A DNA stretch of 64,000 bases from a bacterium (GTDB lineage Bacteria > Patescibacteriota > Patescibacteriia > 2-01-FULL-39-33), in the NCBI GenBank assembly GCA_029558735.1, contig JAKQDP010000070.1, positions 42,700 to 106,699 of the forward strand, read 5' to 3'. The first letter of the stretch is position 1; each line of letters begins with the position of its first letter. Shown piece by piece: positions 20,346 through 29,703 of the stretch. The notes beneath the pieces are model-generated. The model worked only from the letters and a program-made list of their open reading frames with translations. It made no database searches and was not told where the DNA came from. The translations under genes and the position numbers were made by a program.

Positions 20346-21473
20346 TTAATTATGCTTATTTTTTTCCTGCTTCTTTGCCGCTTTCGCCCAACCATCAATC
20401 GGTAACTCAATAAAAAAGGCTGTGCCCTTACCCTCTTGAGAATCAAACCAAATCTTGCCTCCCCCTTTTTCCACTGCCAGTTTAATTAAGTATAAGCCCA
20501 GACCCGAACCTTCGGTCACTTTCTCTTTGGCGTTGTCTGCCCGAAACAGCCGGGTAAAAATTTTGTGCTGCTGGTGCTGTGGAATACCCATGCCAGTATC
20601 TCGAATTTCAATAAATAATTTAAGCCCCTTTTGGGCAATCGTCAAATACACCTTGCCCTGATCGCGATTATATTTAACGGCATTGGACAATAAATTTTGA
20701 AAAATAATCCGCAAAAATTTGGCGTCTGACTTAATCGGCTTAAGCCTAGCGTCATAATCTTTGATTAACTTAACATTTTTCAATTTAATTTTCGGCGCCA
20801 AATCGCCCAACACGTCTTCGGCCAATTCCACCACATCAACCTTTTCAATATTGATTTCAATTGTACCCAAATCCACTCGCGAGACATTCAATAAATCATT
20901 GACCAATTCAATCATCCGCTGATTACCGTCATAAATTTCTTTTAGGTATTCCTTGAGCTCCTTATTGACGCCGCCAATATCACCGTTTAGCATCATCTCC
21001 GCATACCAATTAATTGCCGATAAGGGGGTCCGAAGCTGATGGGAGGCCAAAGACACAAACTCTGTTTTGGACCGATCAATCGCTTTTTCTTGAGTAATAT
21101 CTTTTTCCACGCTAATAAAATACTTTATCCGTCTGGTCGTATCTAAGACCGGCGAAATTCTTAGCAAGGCATCATACTTTTCGCCGTTTTTTCGTTTATT
21201 CTCCAATTCGGCGGCAAAGGCTATCTTCCTGACTTTGACTGTTTGCCATAAATGCTCATAAAATTTCTTATCCATTAAGCCGCCCCAGAGCTGATTACTG
21301 CCGGCTTTTTTGCCCAGCACCTCTTTAACCTTAAAACCGGTAGTTTTCTCTAAAGCCCGATTAGCATAAAGAATCATCCCCTCTTGATCGGTGACAACAA
21401 TACAATCGGAAATATTTTCCAAAATCAGAGGAAAAATTTCCTGATCTATTTTTTTATTTTTTCTGTTAAACAT
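20346..21473 (-). CDS. Cytoplasmic sensor histidine kinase (PAS + HisKA + HATPase_c)
   Basis: PAS-like N-terminus with no TM. H-box SHQLRTPLSAINWYAEMM. ATPase G-boxes IRDTGMGI and GSGLGLYL. Confidence 0.8.
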   Translation of the reverse strand: MFNRKNKKIDQEIFPLILENISDCIVVTDQEGMILYANRALEKTTGFKVKEVLGKKAGSNQLWGGLMDKKFYEHLWQTVKVRKIAFAAELENKRKNGEKYDALLRISPVLDTTRRIKYFISVEKDITQEKAIDRSKTEFVSLASHQLRTPLSAINWYAEMMLNGDIGGVNKELKEYLKEIYDGNQRMIELVNDLLNVSRVDLGTIEINIEKVDVVELAEDVLGDLAPKIKLKNVKLIKDYDARLKPIKSDAKFLRIIFQNLLSNAVKYNRDQGKVYLTIAQKGLKLFIEIRDTGMGIPQHQQHKIFTRLFRADNAKEKVTEGSGLGLYLIKLAVEKGGGKIWFDSQEGKGTAFFIELPIDGWAKAAKKQEKNKHN

Positions 21474-21496
21474 CGACTTTTAGTCGTGATTATCCC

Positions 21497-21533
21497 ACAC
21501 CAAAGCTTGTTCCGAGTACCTCGGAACAAGTCT
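21497..21533 (-). terminator. Candidate terminator downstream of the major pilin gene
   Basis: Perfect 11-bp hairpin cttgttccgag-tacc-ctcggaacaag. The U-tract is weak. Confidence 0.35.
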
Positions 21534-21544
21534 TTGATATGTGA

Positions 21545-21988
21545 TTAACGAGTAACGCTAATGGTCTGTCCTTGTTCGGCATCCGGAGCAGATACCGTGA
21601 CTCGACCGGTGGTGGCATCCTGATAAATTTCATAACAAGCGCCGCCAGTGGCACAAGCGTTACCGGGATCAACCGGAATAGATACCAAATAAGTGCCATT
21701 TAACGTCAAAGGCGACAAATCGATCAATCCGCTGCAGGCGGTTGTGTTAGTAGCGCAAATTTCCGTCGAAGTGGTGGTAATGTTACCGGGCAAATTGCCA
21801 TTATTGTCAATAGCATACTGATAAACCGCGTTCAAAATAGTATTGACATCAATGCTCCGCTGGGCGTTCCTGGTATCAGCCAATTGCTTACCCGGATTGA
21901 TGGCAATAATAACAATACCGGCCAAGATGGCAATCGCCGCCACTACCAGTAAGATTTCCAGCAATGTAAAACCTCGCTGTTTGCTCAT
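21545..21988 (-). CDS. Type IV (major) pilin, prepilin-type N-terminal cleavage/methylation domain
   Basis: N-terminus MSKQRGFTLLEILLVVAAIAILAGIV (class III signal, G|FTLLE). C-terminal Cys pairs for a disulfide-bonded D-region. Confidence 0.8.
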   Translation of the reverse strand: MSKQRGFTLLEILLVVAAIAILAGIVIIAINPGKQLADTRNAQRSIDVNTILNAVYQYAIDNNGNLPGNITTTSTEICATNTTACSGLIDLSPLTLNGTYLVSIPVDPGNACATGGACYEIYQDATTGRVTVSAPDAEQGQTISVTR

Positions 21989-22152
21989 AATTTTGATTAG
22001 TTTATTAATTTATTATTAAAATTAAATCTTATCAACGACCTTTTGGGCTAAAATTGTTAAATGCCATATTGTCATATTATTAGAGACTGCTCTTATCTCC
22101 CCCTTCCCAACTTTACATATTTTGTTGGCTTGTTCACATTATACCATATTTT

Positions 22153-22584
22153 TTAATTGAAATCAGCCACTGGTTGCCAGCTAACAATATTAATCTGGGA
22201 CGACAATTGATCAATCAATACTTGCTGACGGCTGACAGCTGAACCGACATAGGCAGAGGCCTTAATAGTAATCTTGCCGCCGGCTAATTGCTCCACCTGA
22301 TAATCGCCGGCGCCGCTATCCAAAATCAAATTATAAGAGCCGGAAAAAGCCGGATTATTTTTGATATTGACCAGGGCCTGCTCAAGACAAGCATCATTAA
22401 TCGCCCGGGCTTGGGCTAATTGATAAGCCAACAAATCATTTTGGGATTGACCGGCGCTAAAGACGAGTAAAGATACGGCCACGGCCAGACCGACAACACT
22501 AATTAATAAAACACTGACCAGACTGACCATGCCGGCGGCAGAATTATTTTTTGAGATTAAGCGAACCATAAAAAGTTTTGGCAT
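22153..22584 (-). CDS. Hypothetical membrane-anchored protein in the pilus cluster (possible minor pseudopilin); true start probably internal (~22530)
   Basis: N-terminal hydrophobic segment MVSLVSVLLISVVGLAVAVSLLVF with no canonical GFTLxE motif. The longest ORF overlaps the upstream gene by 41 nt. Confidence 0.4.
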   Translation of the reverse strand: MPKLFMVRLISKNNSAAGMVSLVSVLLISVVGLAVAVSLLVFSAGQSQNDLLAYQLAQARAINDACLEQALVNIKNNPAFSGSYNLILDSGAGDYQVEQLAGGKITIKASAYVGSAVSRQQVLIDQLSSQINIVSWQPVADFN

Positions 22585-23044
22585 AATTTAATTCCTGACG
22601 GTTATTATCATTAAGATACTGCAAAGTAAAACTAAACCTAACCAAGCCGGCGGTCGCGGGACGAGACAAATTAACAAATGATAAGGCGCTGGCAATTACC
22701 TGATTAGAATTAAGTTCAACCGGCGAATTAGCGCCTTCGATAATTCTGATTTTACCACCACTCAAATTAAAAACAACCGGATTAACTAGCGGCTCAATAC
22801 TAGTAATAGACAAACTCGGAGCGCTGACGCCGGTCGCCGGACTATTAATTGCCTGGGCATCACTAATTGCCTGCTCCAGTAGTAAAATAATTTGCCGCCC
22901 CTGCTGTTCGACTTCATTAATCGCCCGATTTTTCACCTGACTAGCCAAGATTATTGATAAAAAAATTGATACTGCCAAAAGTATTGCTCCGGCCAAGCCA
23001 ATGTAAAGCAGCAATTCAATTAAAGTAAAGCCTCGTTGTTTCAT
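22544..23044 (-). CDS. Pilin-like (pseudopilin) protein with prepilin N-terminal domain
   Basis: MKQRGFTLIELLLYIGLAGAILLAV at an internal Met. The longest ORF extends to 23122, but the start at 23044 gives a canonical leader. Confidence 0.7.
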   Translation of the reverse strand: MKQRGFTLIELLLYIGLAGAILLAVSIFLSIILASQVKNRAINEVEQQGRQIILLLEQAISDAQAINSPATGVSAPSLSITSIEPLVNPVVFNLSGGKIRIIEGANSPVELNSNQVIASALSFVNLSRPATAGLVRFSFTLQYLNDNNRQELNYAKTFYGSLNLKK

Positions 23045-23054
23045 AGCAAAAAAA

Positions 23055-24734
23055 TTAACGACACTGGTTGCCGGCGCAGCGGCCCGGGCAGGACTGTGTC
23101 TCTTGCTGAGGCAGACAACCAAATAAACAAGTCCGCTCTCTGGCCAAAGTGGTTTTATTCAAACAATACCAATTACCCCAGGCGCCGCAACTATCCAAAA
23201 CACACTGAGTTGTTTCCAAGCAGCCGAACAAACAAACGCGCGCCTGAGCCATATAATCGGCCCCGCAATCGCCCAAGCCGCAACCCTGGTTAACCCAGGC
23301 GTCACAACTATCATCAAGGCATTGCTGTTCAAAGTCGCAGCCAACCGGCGAACAAATTCTGGTTTGATGTATTTGCTCGGCGCTACAACTATCGCTGCCA
23401 CACTGATTATTGGTCCAAGCCAAACATTCGCAAGCCGGATAAATCATCGGGCCGGCGAAAGCAGCTAGACCAAAAGTTTCCGGCAAATGACTGCGTTCAT
23501 TATCCACTACTTGATCTTCCTCGGCTCGCAAACCGACCTGAGTCAGACTATTGCTACAAACCACTGCCCAGGAACCGTCATCATCAGCCATTTCTTGCTG
23601 GCTGGCTAAGACGATTGGCAAGCCAGCGTAATTATTCTGATAATCAAAGGTGAAACAACCATCATCCCGACCACGGACAGTGTTATCAGTCTGATAAGTT
23701 TCCCCCTCAATTATTCCGATGGTGCTAGTAGTATTGGCGCTTACCGCTATCCACCCAATAGTCTCCATATTATGGCTGGCATAAGCTTCCGCGCCATTTA
23801 AAGCAATTCTCATCCCTTGACTATCCGGCGGCTCAGTTTGACTATTGAGATTGCTGACATAACTACTAATCCAGCTGGCGTCATTAAAGCTCATTACCTG
23901 ATGCAACACTACAATCGGATTGTCAAAACTTTGGTTAAACGACTTAGTATCAAACCGCCAATTGCCGCTCGCGCCGACCGTATCGGTATTATGTTTGCCG
24001 GCTTCTATCTTAAGACCGTCTATTTCCCAACTTCCTTGCTCCACGACCCAATAAGCCACCTCGTCAGCCGACAAATTTTTTTCCGCCGGATCCTGCAATC
24101 TTATTTCCAGGCCAGTTGGAGTAATATTCCTAATTCTAACCGAAACCGACCGATTATTATTAAGATTATATACTGTGGCCACCACTACCGGCTCAATATA
24201 AGTATTAGAAAAATCAACTTTGTACCACTGTTCATCAACGGACACCAATCCGGTCTCCATTTTTAATTCACCTTCGGACCGCCGCCAATCCCCCAAATAA
24301 CTGCTTAACTCTACCTGGCCATTTTTAGTCGGGCCATAGCGCCAATCCACCCGAACGGTAACTTTTTTAAGTTCGGGATTGATTGATTGAATAGTGACTG
24401 TCCTGGTAAAATTATCCTCGCTATCGGCTTCAGCTGCTAATTCCCACTGGCCATTATTAATAATTAAACCATAATTGCCATCGGCTAATAACTCAAAATT
24501 ATCATCGCGAATATTTCTAACAACCGCCAACCCTTCGGTCGCCAAATTAAGTGCCTGCCATCTAATGCCGGATAATGCCAACCCCTCTTGACCGTAAAAA
24601 ATCGCGCCAATAAAAGAAGTGGCAATAACCATAAACAGCGCCACCGATAAAATCGCTTCCACTAAAGAAAATCCGCCCCTAGTAATTAAGCATTCCTTTG
24701 GCGTTGATACTGATTGTTTGACTGTTATAACCAT
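23055..24734 (-). CDS. Large pilin-like protein (~560 aa) with a prepilin-type N-terminus and a C-terminal Cys-rich triple repeat; candidate pilus tip/adhesin
   Basis: RGGFSLVEAILSVALFMVIATSF near the N-terminus. The C-terminal ~150 aa holds three C..DSC.AW.N..C...CLFGC repeats (about 24 Cys). The longest ORF starts at 24785. Confidence 0.65.
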   Translation of the reverse strand: MVITVKQSVSTPKECLITRGGFSLVEAILSVALFMVIATSFIGAIFYGQEGLALSGIRWQALNLATEGLAVVRNIRDDNFELLADGNYGLIINNGQWELAAEADSEDNFTRTVTIQSINPELKKVTVRVDWRYGPTKNGQVELSSYLGDWRRSEGELKMETGLVSVDEQWYKVDFSNTYIEPVVVATVYNLNNNRSVSVRIRNITPTGLEIRLQDPAEKNLSADEVAYWVVEQGSWEIDGLKIEAGKHNTDTVGASGNWRFDTKSFNQSFDNPIVVLHQVMSFNDASWISSYVSNLNSQTEPPDSQGMRIALNGAEAYASHNMETIGWIAVSANTTSTIGIIEGETYQTDNTVRGRDDGCFTFDYQNNYAGLPIVLASQQEMADDDGSWAVVCSNSLTQVGLRAEEDQVVDNERSHLPETFGLAAFAGPMIYPACECLAWTNNQCGSDSCSAEQIHQTRICSPVGCDFEQQCLDDSCDAWVNQGCGLGDCGADYMAQARVCLFGCLETTQCVLDSCGAWGNWYCLNKTTLARERTCLFGCLPQQETQSCPGRCAGNQCR

Positions 24735-25116
24735 TAGAAATAATAATCTCTCCACTTGCATTCGGCGCTGACTCGGCCTTGGCAAAAATAATCTCCGCCA
24801 AGCCGCTGTATTGGCTAAGACCGGTTAACTCAAAAATCTCATCCGCACCTGGCTCGCGGTTGGTATAGTCCTCGCCGCGAAAAACCACCGCTCGCTCCTG
24901 ATTGATCGCCACTCCCCAACTGCTATCGTCAACCATGGCCACAGCCTTAATTTGAGCGCGGCGCACCGCTTGGATAATAGTGGAAACCGAAACATCCAAA
25001 TCACTCCGTTGCTGCAAGGAACGATAGACCGGAAAACCAATGGCGGTCAAAATCGCCACTAAAGCGATTGACAACAACACCTCCAGTAAAGTAAAGCCCC
25101 AAAACGACTTGGCCAT
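24679..25116 (-). CDS. Pilin-like (pseudopilin) protein
   Basis: N-terminus MAKSFWGFTLLEVLLSIALVAILTAIGFPV. Confidence 0.75.
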   Translation of the reverse strand: MAKSFWGFTLLEVLLSIALVAILTAIGFPVYRSLQQRSDLDVSVSTIIQAVRRAQIKAVAMVDDSSWGVAINQERAVVFRGEDYTNREPGADEIFELTGLSQYSGLAEIIFAKAESAPNASGEIIISNGYNSQTISINAKGMLNY

Positions 25117-25119
25117 AAA

Positions 25120-26646
25120 TTAATCAGAAATTATTTCAATATAAGCGCCGGTCACCCAACCGGTTTGTCCTGATTCCAGACTGATTTGATACCAGCCATT
25201 TTGCTCCGATAAATAATCAAACACCTGACCGGGAACAACTTGGCCGACCAGCTTGCCGGCGCTGGTCGGACTGCTTCTAACATTCAAATAACCGACGCCC
25301 GTATTTAAAATTTTTAATCTTTGCAAATTATCTTCGCTGGGCGTTAAGGCGACTGACGAAGTCGCCAAAGGAACGACTCCTTGACTAGTGCTAGCGACCG
25401 CGTTAGTCGTAGTGGCCAAAGCAGGGCCCATTGGCGATTTGAAAACAGTCGCCGCCGGCGTCTCACTAATTGATTGCGGCGTCGGCGCGGAAACATTATT
25501 CTGCTTATTTAAGCCCCCAATCAAACTGTAAATCGGCAAAATTACCGCCAGGGCGACCGCTACCACCCCCAACCAAATAATCACCAACAACAGTGGCTCT
25601 AAAATGACTGATAAATTCTTAGTGGTAGTTTCGGTCTTTTCCTCATAAATCTCCCCGATTTTCAACAAAATCTCCGGTAAGCGACCAGACTGTTCGCCGG
25701 AAGCGATCATTTGCTGAACCGGCAAGGGAATAATTTTATCACTATTTTTATAAAGCTCAAAAGTCCGCTGAAAAGAATTACCCTCTTCAATTTTTTCTTT
25801 GGCAAAAGCGAAAAATTTTCGATAAGCAAAAAAGGTGGTCGCTTCGTTAAGTGACACCAGGGCCTCAATAATCGGCAAGCCGGCGTCTAACAAAGTCCCC
25901 AAGATATAGCCCAGTTGAGCCACTTCAATCTGCTGAATCAATTTCTTAATCGCCGGCAGATTAAACAAAATCGCCTGGCCAATAAATTTGGTCCGCCGAT
26001 AAAAAAACAACAAATACAAAATTATCCCCGCCAAACCAATTGCCACCGGCAAAACAATTTGACCGTAAGCTTTGACAAAATCGCCGACGCTAATTAGAAT
26101 TCTGGTAATGACGGGCAAATCCAGGCTTAATTGACTAAACACTGAAGACAGTCGCGGCAAAATAAACCAGGCCACGCCAACGCCAATGACTGCGGTCAAA
26201 CCCAGCACTAATACCGGATACATCATTGCGGAACGAATTTTTGAATTAAAACTGCGTTCCTTTTGCTGTTGCTCGACAATCACCTGCAAGTTTTCTGCCA
26301 ACCGACCCGAGGCTTCGCCAATATCAATCAAAGAAATGACATGGGCGGGCATTAAGTTGGTTCCAGCTAAAGCATTTGAGATCGAGGTGCCCGAATCAAT
26401 TTCGTCGCTCATTTGGTCGATTGCTGCCCGCATATAGCGCGAGCGGAGCCCCTTCTTAATAGCTGCCAACGCCAACAAAATGTCCATGCCCGCCGCCAAA
26501 AGCATCGCCAGATTTTCAATAAAGTAATCCTTTTCTTCACCGACATTCAATTTTGATAACCTCAAAAAAAAGGAAGTTTTACCTTTTTTCCTTTTTTTTC
26601 CTCCTTGAGATTTGACTGTCGGGGGAATTGACTTTGGTCGGACCAT
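25120..26646 (-). CDS. pilC: Type IV pilus platform protein PilC/GspF with a C-terminal SH3b domain
   Basis: Two T2SSF repeats, each with TM helices (EASGRLAENL... / ASGEQSGRLPEIL...). C-terminal GYLNVRSSPTSAGKLVGQVVPGQVFDYLSEQNGWYQISLESGQTGWVTGAYIEI matches bacterial SH3 (SH3_3). Confidence 0.8.
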   Translation of the reverse strand: MVRPKSIPPTVKSQGGKKRKKGKTSFFLRLSKLNVGEEKDYFIENLAMLLAAGMDILLALAAIKKGLRSRYMRAAIDQMSDEIDSGTSISNALAGTNLMPAHVISLIDIGEASGRLAENLQVIVEQQQKERSFNSKIRSAMMYPVLVLGLTAVIGVGVAWFILPRLSSVFSQLSLDLPVITRILISVGDFVKAYGQIVLPVAIGLAGIILYLLFFYRRTKFIGQAILFNLPAIKKLIQQIEVAQLGYILGTLLDAGLPIIEALVSLNEATTFFAYRKFFAFAKEKIEEGNSFQRTFELYKNSDKIIPLPVQQMIASGEQSGRLPEILLKIGEIYEEKTETTTKNLSVILEPLLLVIIWLGVVAVALAVILPIYSLIGGLNKQNNVSAPTPQSISETPAATVFKSPMGPALATTTNAVASTSQGVVPLATSSVALTPSEDNLQRLKILNTGVGYLNVRSSPTSAGKLVGQVVPGQVFDYLSEQNGWYQISLESGQTGWVTGAYIEIISD

Positions 26647-26745
26647 TATTTAAATTCTAAAATTAAAAATTTATATTCTGAGCGACTACCGGCTCAAAGT
26701 TTTATACTCGAAATCAAAAACGCAAAAAATAATTTAAGGCTCGTT

Positions 26746-28455
26746 TTATTTTTTCTTTTTAGCCCGGCTTGTTCTAAGGGACGATTGGGGTGGGACGCTT
26801 GAAACGCTAAATTCCGGCGGGGTCGCCACTCGAAACAGTTCTTCCAGGGTGGTTAAGCCGTTTTTTACCTTTTGCAAGCCATCCTCAAACAAAGAAACTG
26901 CGCCCTCTTGCCGAGCCAAATCCCAAATTTGTTTGGTGGACGGATTGGTTAAAATCAGCTCCTCCATTGCTGGTGTAATCGGCACAAACTCAAAAATCGC
27001 TACCCGACCGCTGTAGCCAGTCTTATTGCAAGCGCTACAGCCCTTACCCTGGTAAAGAGTGGTTTTGGAACCGGAAAAATAATCTTTCACTTTGGGAAAT
27101 TCCTTAAATAATTCCTTGTTATTGGCGGGATAGCTATACCGGCATTTTTCACAGATTTTTCTGACCAACCGCTGCGCCACTACCAGCTCCAAGGTCGATG
27201 CCAATAAAAACGGCTCAATCTCCATATCCAACAACCGCGGAATGGCCGTCGGTGCATCATTGGCATGAAAAGTAGACAACAATAAATGACCGGTCAAAGA
27301 AGCATTGACCGCGATTTCCGCTGTTTCTTCATCGCGAATTTCCCCGACCAGAATAATATCCGGATCTTGCCGGACAATTGACCTTAAGCCCTTGGCAAAA
27401 GTCAAATTTGTCCGCTGATTAACCTGAATTTGATTCACGCCGGTGATCTTATATTCAACCGGATCTTCAATCGTGGTGATATTAACCGTCGAACGGTTGA
27501 GCGGCTTTAATAAGGCGTACAGAGTGGTGGTTTTGCCCGAACCAGTTGGACCGGTAACCAAAATCATGCCAAAGGGCTTACTGGCCGCCTCCCACAACAG
27601 CTCCTGGTCGCGACTGGATAAGCCGATATCAGTTAAAGAAAAGCCCCGGACATACTCGGATAAAATACGCATCACGATTTTTTCCCCGTCCAGAGTCGGA
27701 ATAACCGAGACGCGAAAATCAGTAGCGCGGCCATCGCTGCGCCGATAGCGAATAGCGCCGTCCTGGGCGGCCAAATGTTCATCAGTCCGCAGATGGGCCT
27801 GAACTTTTATCCGGTTAGTGATATTCTCGTAATAATCTTTGTTCAACCGGCCGGCTTCCTGCAACACCCCGTCAATCCGAAAACGGATAACTAATTCTTT
27901 TTCTTGGGGTTCAAAGTGGATATCGGAAGCGCGATATAAAATGGCGTCTTCAAAAATTTCTTCCAAAATTTCCGGCGCAATTCGGCCTTGACTTTTAATA
28001 ATCCGAGCAAACCTGGTATCTAAAGATTTTTGATAATGAATAAAAGCGTCATCAATATCTTCGGTCAAAGAATAAGCGATGGTGATTTTCGCTTTAGGAA
28101 AAACCGCCTGGGCCGCCGCCAAGGCCTTCTTTTTATTCAAGTCATCCGTAGTAATAGTCAGCTCATTTTTATCGGCAGCAAACAACACCAACCGATTTTT
28201 TTTGGCAATGGTTTCAGGAATTTTCAGCACCTGCTCGCGGGCCGGTCGATTAGTATTCAAATCGGCATACGGTAAACCGGCATCTTCGGCAATGGCCTGA
28301 CCGAACAAATCCTTACTGATTAACTGTTCGCTGAGCAAATAATCAATCACCGTCAAATTTTTTAATTTGGAAAATTTTTCCGCCTTCTCAAAATCCTCCG
28401 GCGATACATAACTGCCATCCAAGAGAATTTTTTTCAACTTGGCTGGGTCAAGCAT
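26746..28455 (-). CDS. pilB: Type IV pilus assembly ATPase PilB/GspE
   Basis: Walker A LVTGPTGSGKTTTLYA, Asp/His boxes, Walker B ILVGEIRD, and a C-terminal tetracysteine CEKCR...CSAC. Confidence 0.85.
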   Translation of the reverse strand: MLDPAKLKKILLDGSYVSPEDFEKAEKFSKLKNLTVIDYLLSEQLISKDLFGQAIAEDAGLPYADLNTNRPAREQVLKIPETIAKKNRLVLFAADKNELTITTDDLNKKKALAAAQAVFPKAKITIAYSLTEDIDDAFIHYQKSLDTRFARIIKSQGRIAPEILEEIFEDAILYRASDIHFEPQEKELVIRFRIDGVLQEAGRLNKDYYENITNRIKVQAHLRTDEHLAAQDGAIRYRRSDGRATDFRVSVIPTLDGEKIVMRILSEYVRGFSLTDIGLSSRDQELLWEAASKPFGMILVTGPTGSGKTTTLYALLKPLNRSTVNITTIEDPVEYKITGVNQIQVNQRTNLTFAKGLRSIVRQDPDIILVGEIRDEETAEIAVNASLTGHLLLSTFHANDAPTAIPRLLDMEIEPFLLASTLELVVAQRLVRKICEKCRYSYPANNKELFKEFPKVKDYFSGSKTTLYQGKGCSACNKTGYSGRVAIFEFVPITPAMEELILTNPSTKQIWDLARQEGAVSLFEDGLQKVKNGLTTLEELFRVATPPEFSVSSVPPQSSLRTSRAKKKK

Positions 28456-28484
28456 GGGATTGTAAATTTATGATTTATTAATGA

Positions 28485-28874
28485 TTAACCGCTTAAAACC
28501 TTATTGACATTATCAACCACTTTGGAAATCGGCGTATCTGATTTGACAAAATAATCCTTAGCGCCCAGTTCTTTGACTCGCCGAATATCCTCTTCCTGGC
28601 TTAAGTTGCTGGAAACAATTACCGGCGTCCGGTCGCCACGGTCTTTTAATTCGGCCAAAACCGCAAAACCATCCACCCGCGGCATCATCAAATCCAGTAG
28701 TAACAAATCAAATTTTTCTTTTTTCATTATATCCAGAGCTTCCCGACCATTACTAACCGTCTTGACGGTAAAACCTTCTTTGGTAAATTTCAACTCCAAA
28801 GCCTTGGCCATTGGCCGTTCATCATCAGCCACTAAAATTTTTCTGCCCTTTAGCGCCATAAGAAAAGTTATCAA
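28485..28874 (-). CDS. Response regulator receiver domain protein (CheY-like, single domain)
   Basis: KILVADDE...DLLLLDLMMPRVDG...K motifs; 129 aa. Confidence 0.8.
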   Translation of the reverse strand: MITFLMALKGRKILVADDERPMAKALELKFTKEGFTVKTVSNGREALDIMKKEKFDLLLLDLMMPRVDGFAVLAELKDRGDRTPVIVSSNLSQEEDIRRVKELGAKDYFVKSDTPISKVVDNVNKVLSG

Positions 28875-29015
28875 CAGTTAATATTATAACATTTTTTCCT
28901 TAGTAAAACAAAATCTGGGATTGCCTTCCTTAAATTAAGCCGGCCCGTAAAATTTCCAGTTACCACCTAGTAACAACACCCCAGCGGAAAGCCGCCGCCT
29001 GACCTAATAAATTCT

Positions 29016-29693
29016 TTATTCCTTCTGCCACAATTCAGCCAACTGCTCCAAAGTGACAGATTGGGCCAGGGTAAACTCACCCACCCTGGTCCGCTCCAAA
29101 CCTGCCAGATAAGCGCCCGAGCCAAGCGCCTTGCCAAGATCCCGCGCCAAGGATCGAATATATACTCCCTTGCCGCAAATTACCTTTATCCGTAAGTCGG
29201 GGTATTTGTATTGCAACACCTTGATATCTTTGATTTCCACTGGACGAGGCAAAAGCTCCACCTTTTGGCCGGTGCGCGCCGATTTATACGCCCGCCTTCC
29301 GCCAACTTTGACAGCGCTAAACTGGGGCGGAACCTGCTTGATGATTCCAACAAAAGAACCTAAAGCCCATTTTACTTGGTTTAAAGAAATGCTTTTTTCC
29401 GCTACTAGAAATTCCGAGATATTCTTTATCCCCTCGGCATCATCAGTGGCGCTAGTCAGGCCCAATCTAATCTTAGCTATGTATTCTTTTTCTTGTCCGA
29501 CAATTTCTGATAGTCGCTTGGTCGCCTCGCGACCGACGCCGACGACTAGTACACCGCTGGCCAAGGGGTCCAGGGTGCCAGCATGACCGACTTTTTTGAC
29601 ACCGGTAATTTTCCGCGCTCTTGCCACAATATTAAAAGAGCTCGGCCCTTTGGGCTTGTAAATGCTAAAAATATTTTTATAGGCGATATTCAT
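29016..29693 (-). CDS. truB: tRNA pseudouridine(55) synthase TruB (short, without PUA domain)
   Basis: Catalytic motif GHAGTLDPLASGVLVVGVG. Start chosen at MNIAYKNIF, which puts the catalytic Asp at ~45 as in E. coli. The longest ORF (to 29936) would overlap the uvrC 3' end. Confidence 0.75.
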   Translation of the reverse strand: MNIAYKNIFSIYKPKGPSSFNIVARARKITGVKKVGHAGTLDPLASGVLVVGVGREATKRLSEIVGQEKEYIAKIRLGLTSATDDAEGIKNISEFLVAEKSISLNQVKWALGSFVGIIKQVPPQFSAVKVGGRRAYKSARTGQKVELLPRPVEIKDIKVLQYKYPDLRIKVICGKGVYIRSLARDLGKALGSGAYLAGLERTRVGEFTLAQSVTLEQLAELWQKE

Positions 29694-29703
29694 TTGCGAG
29701 TTA

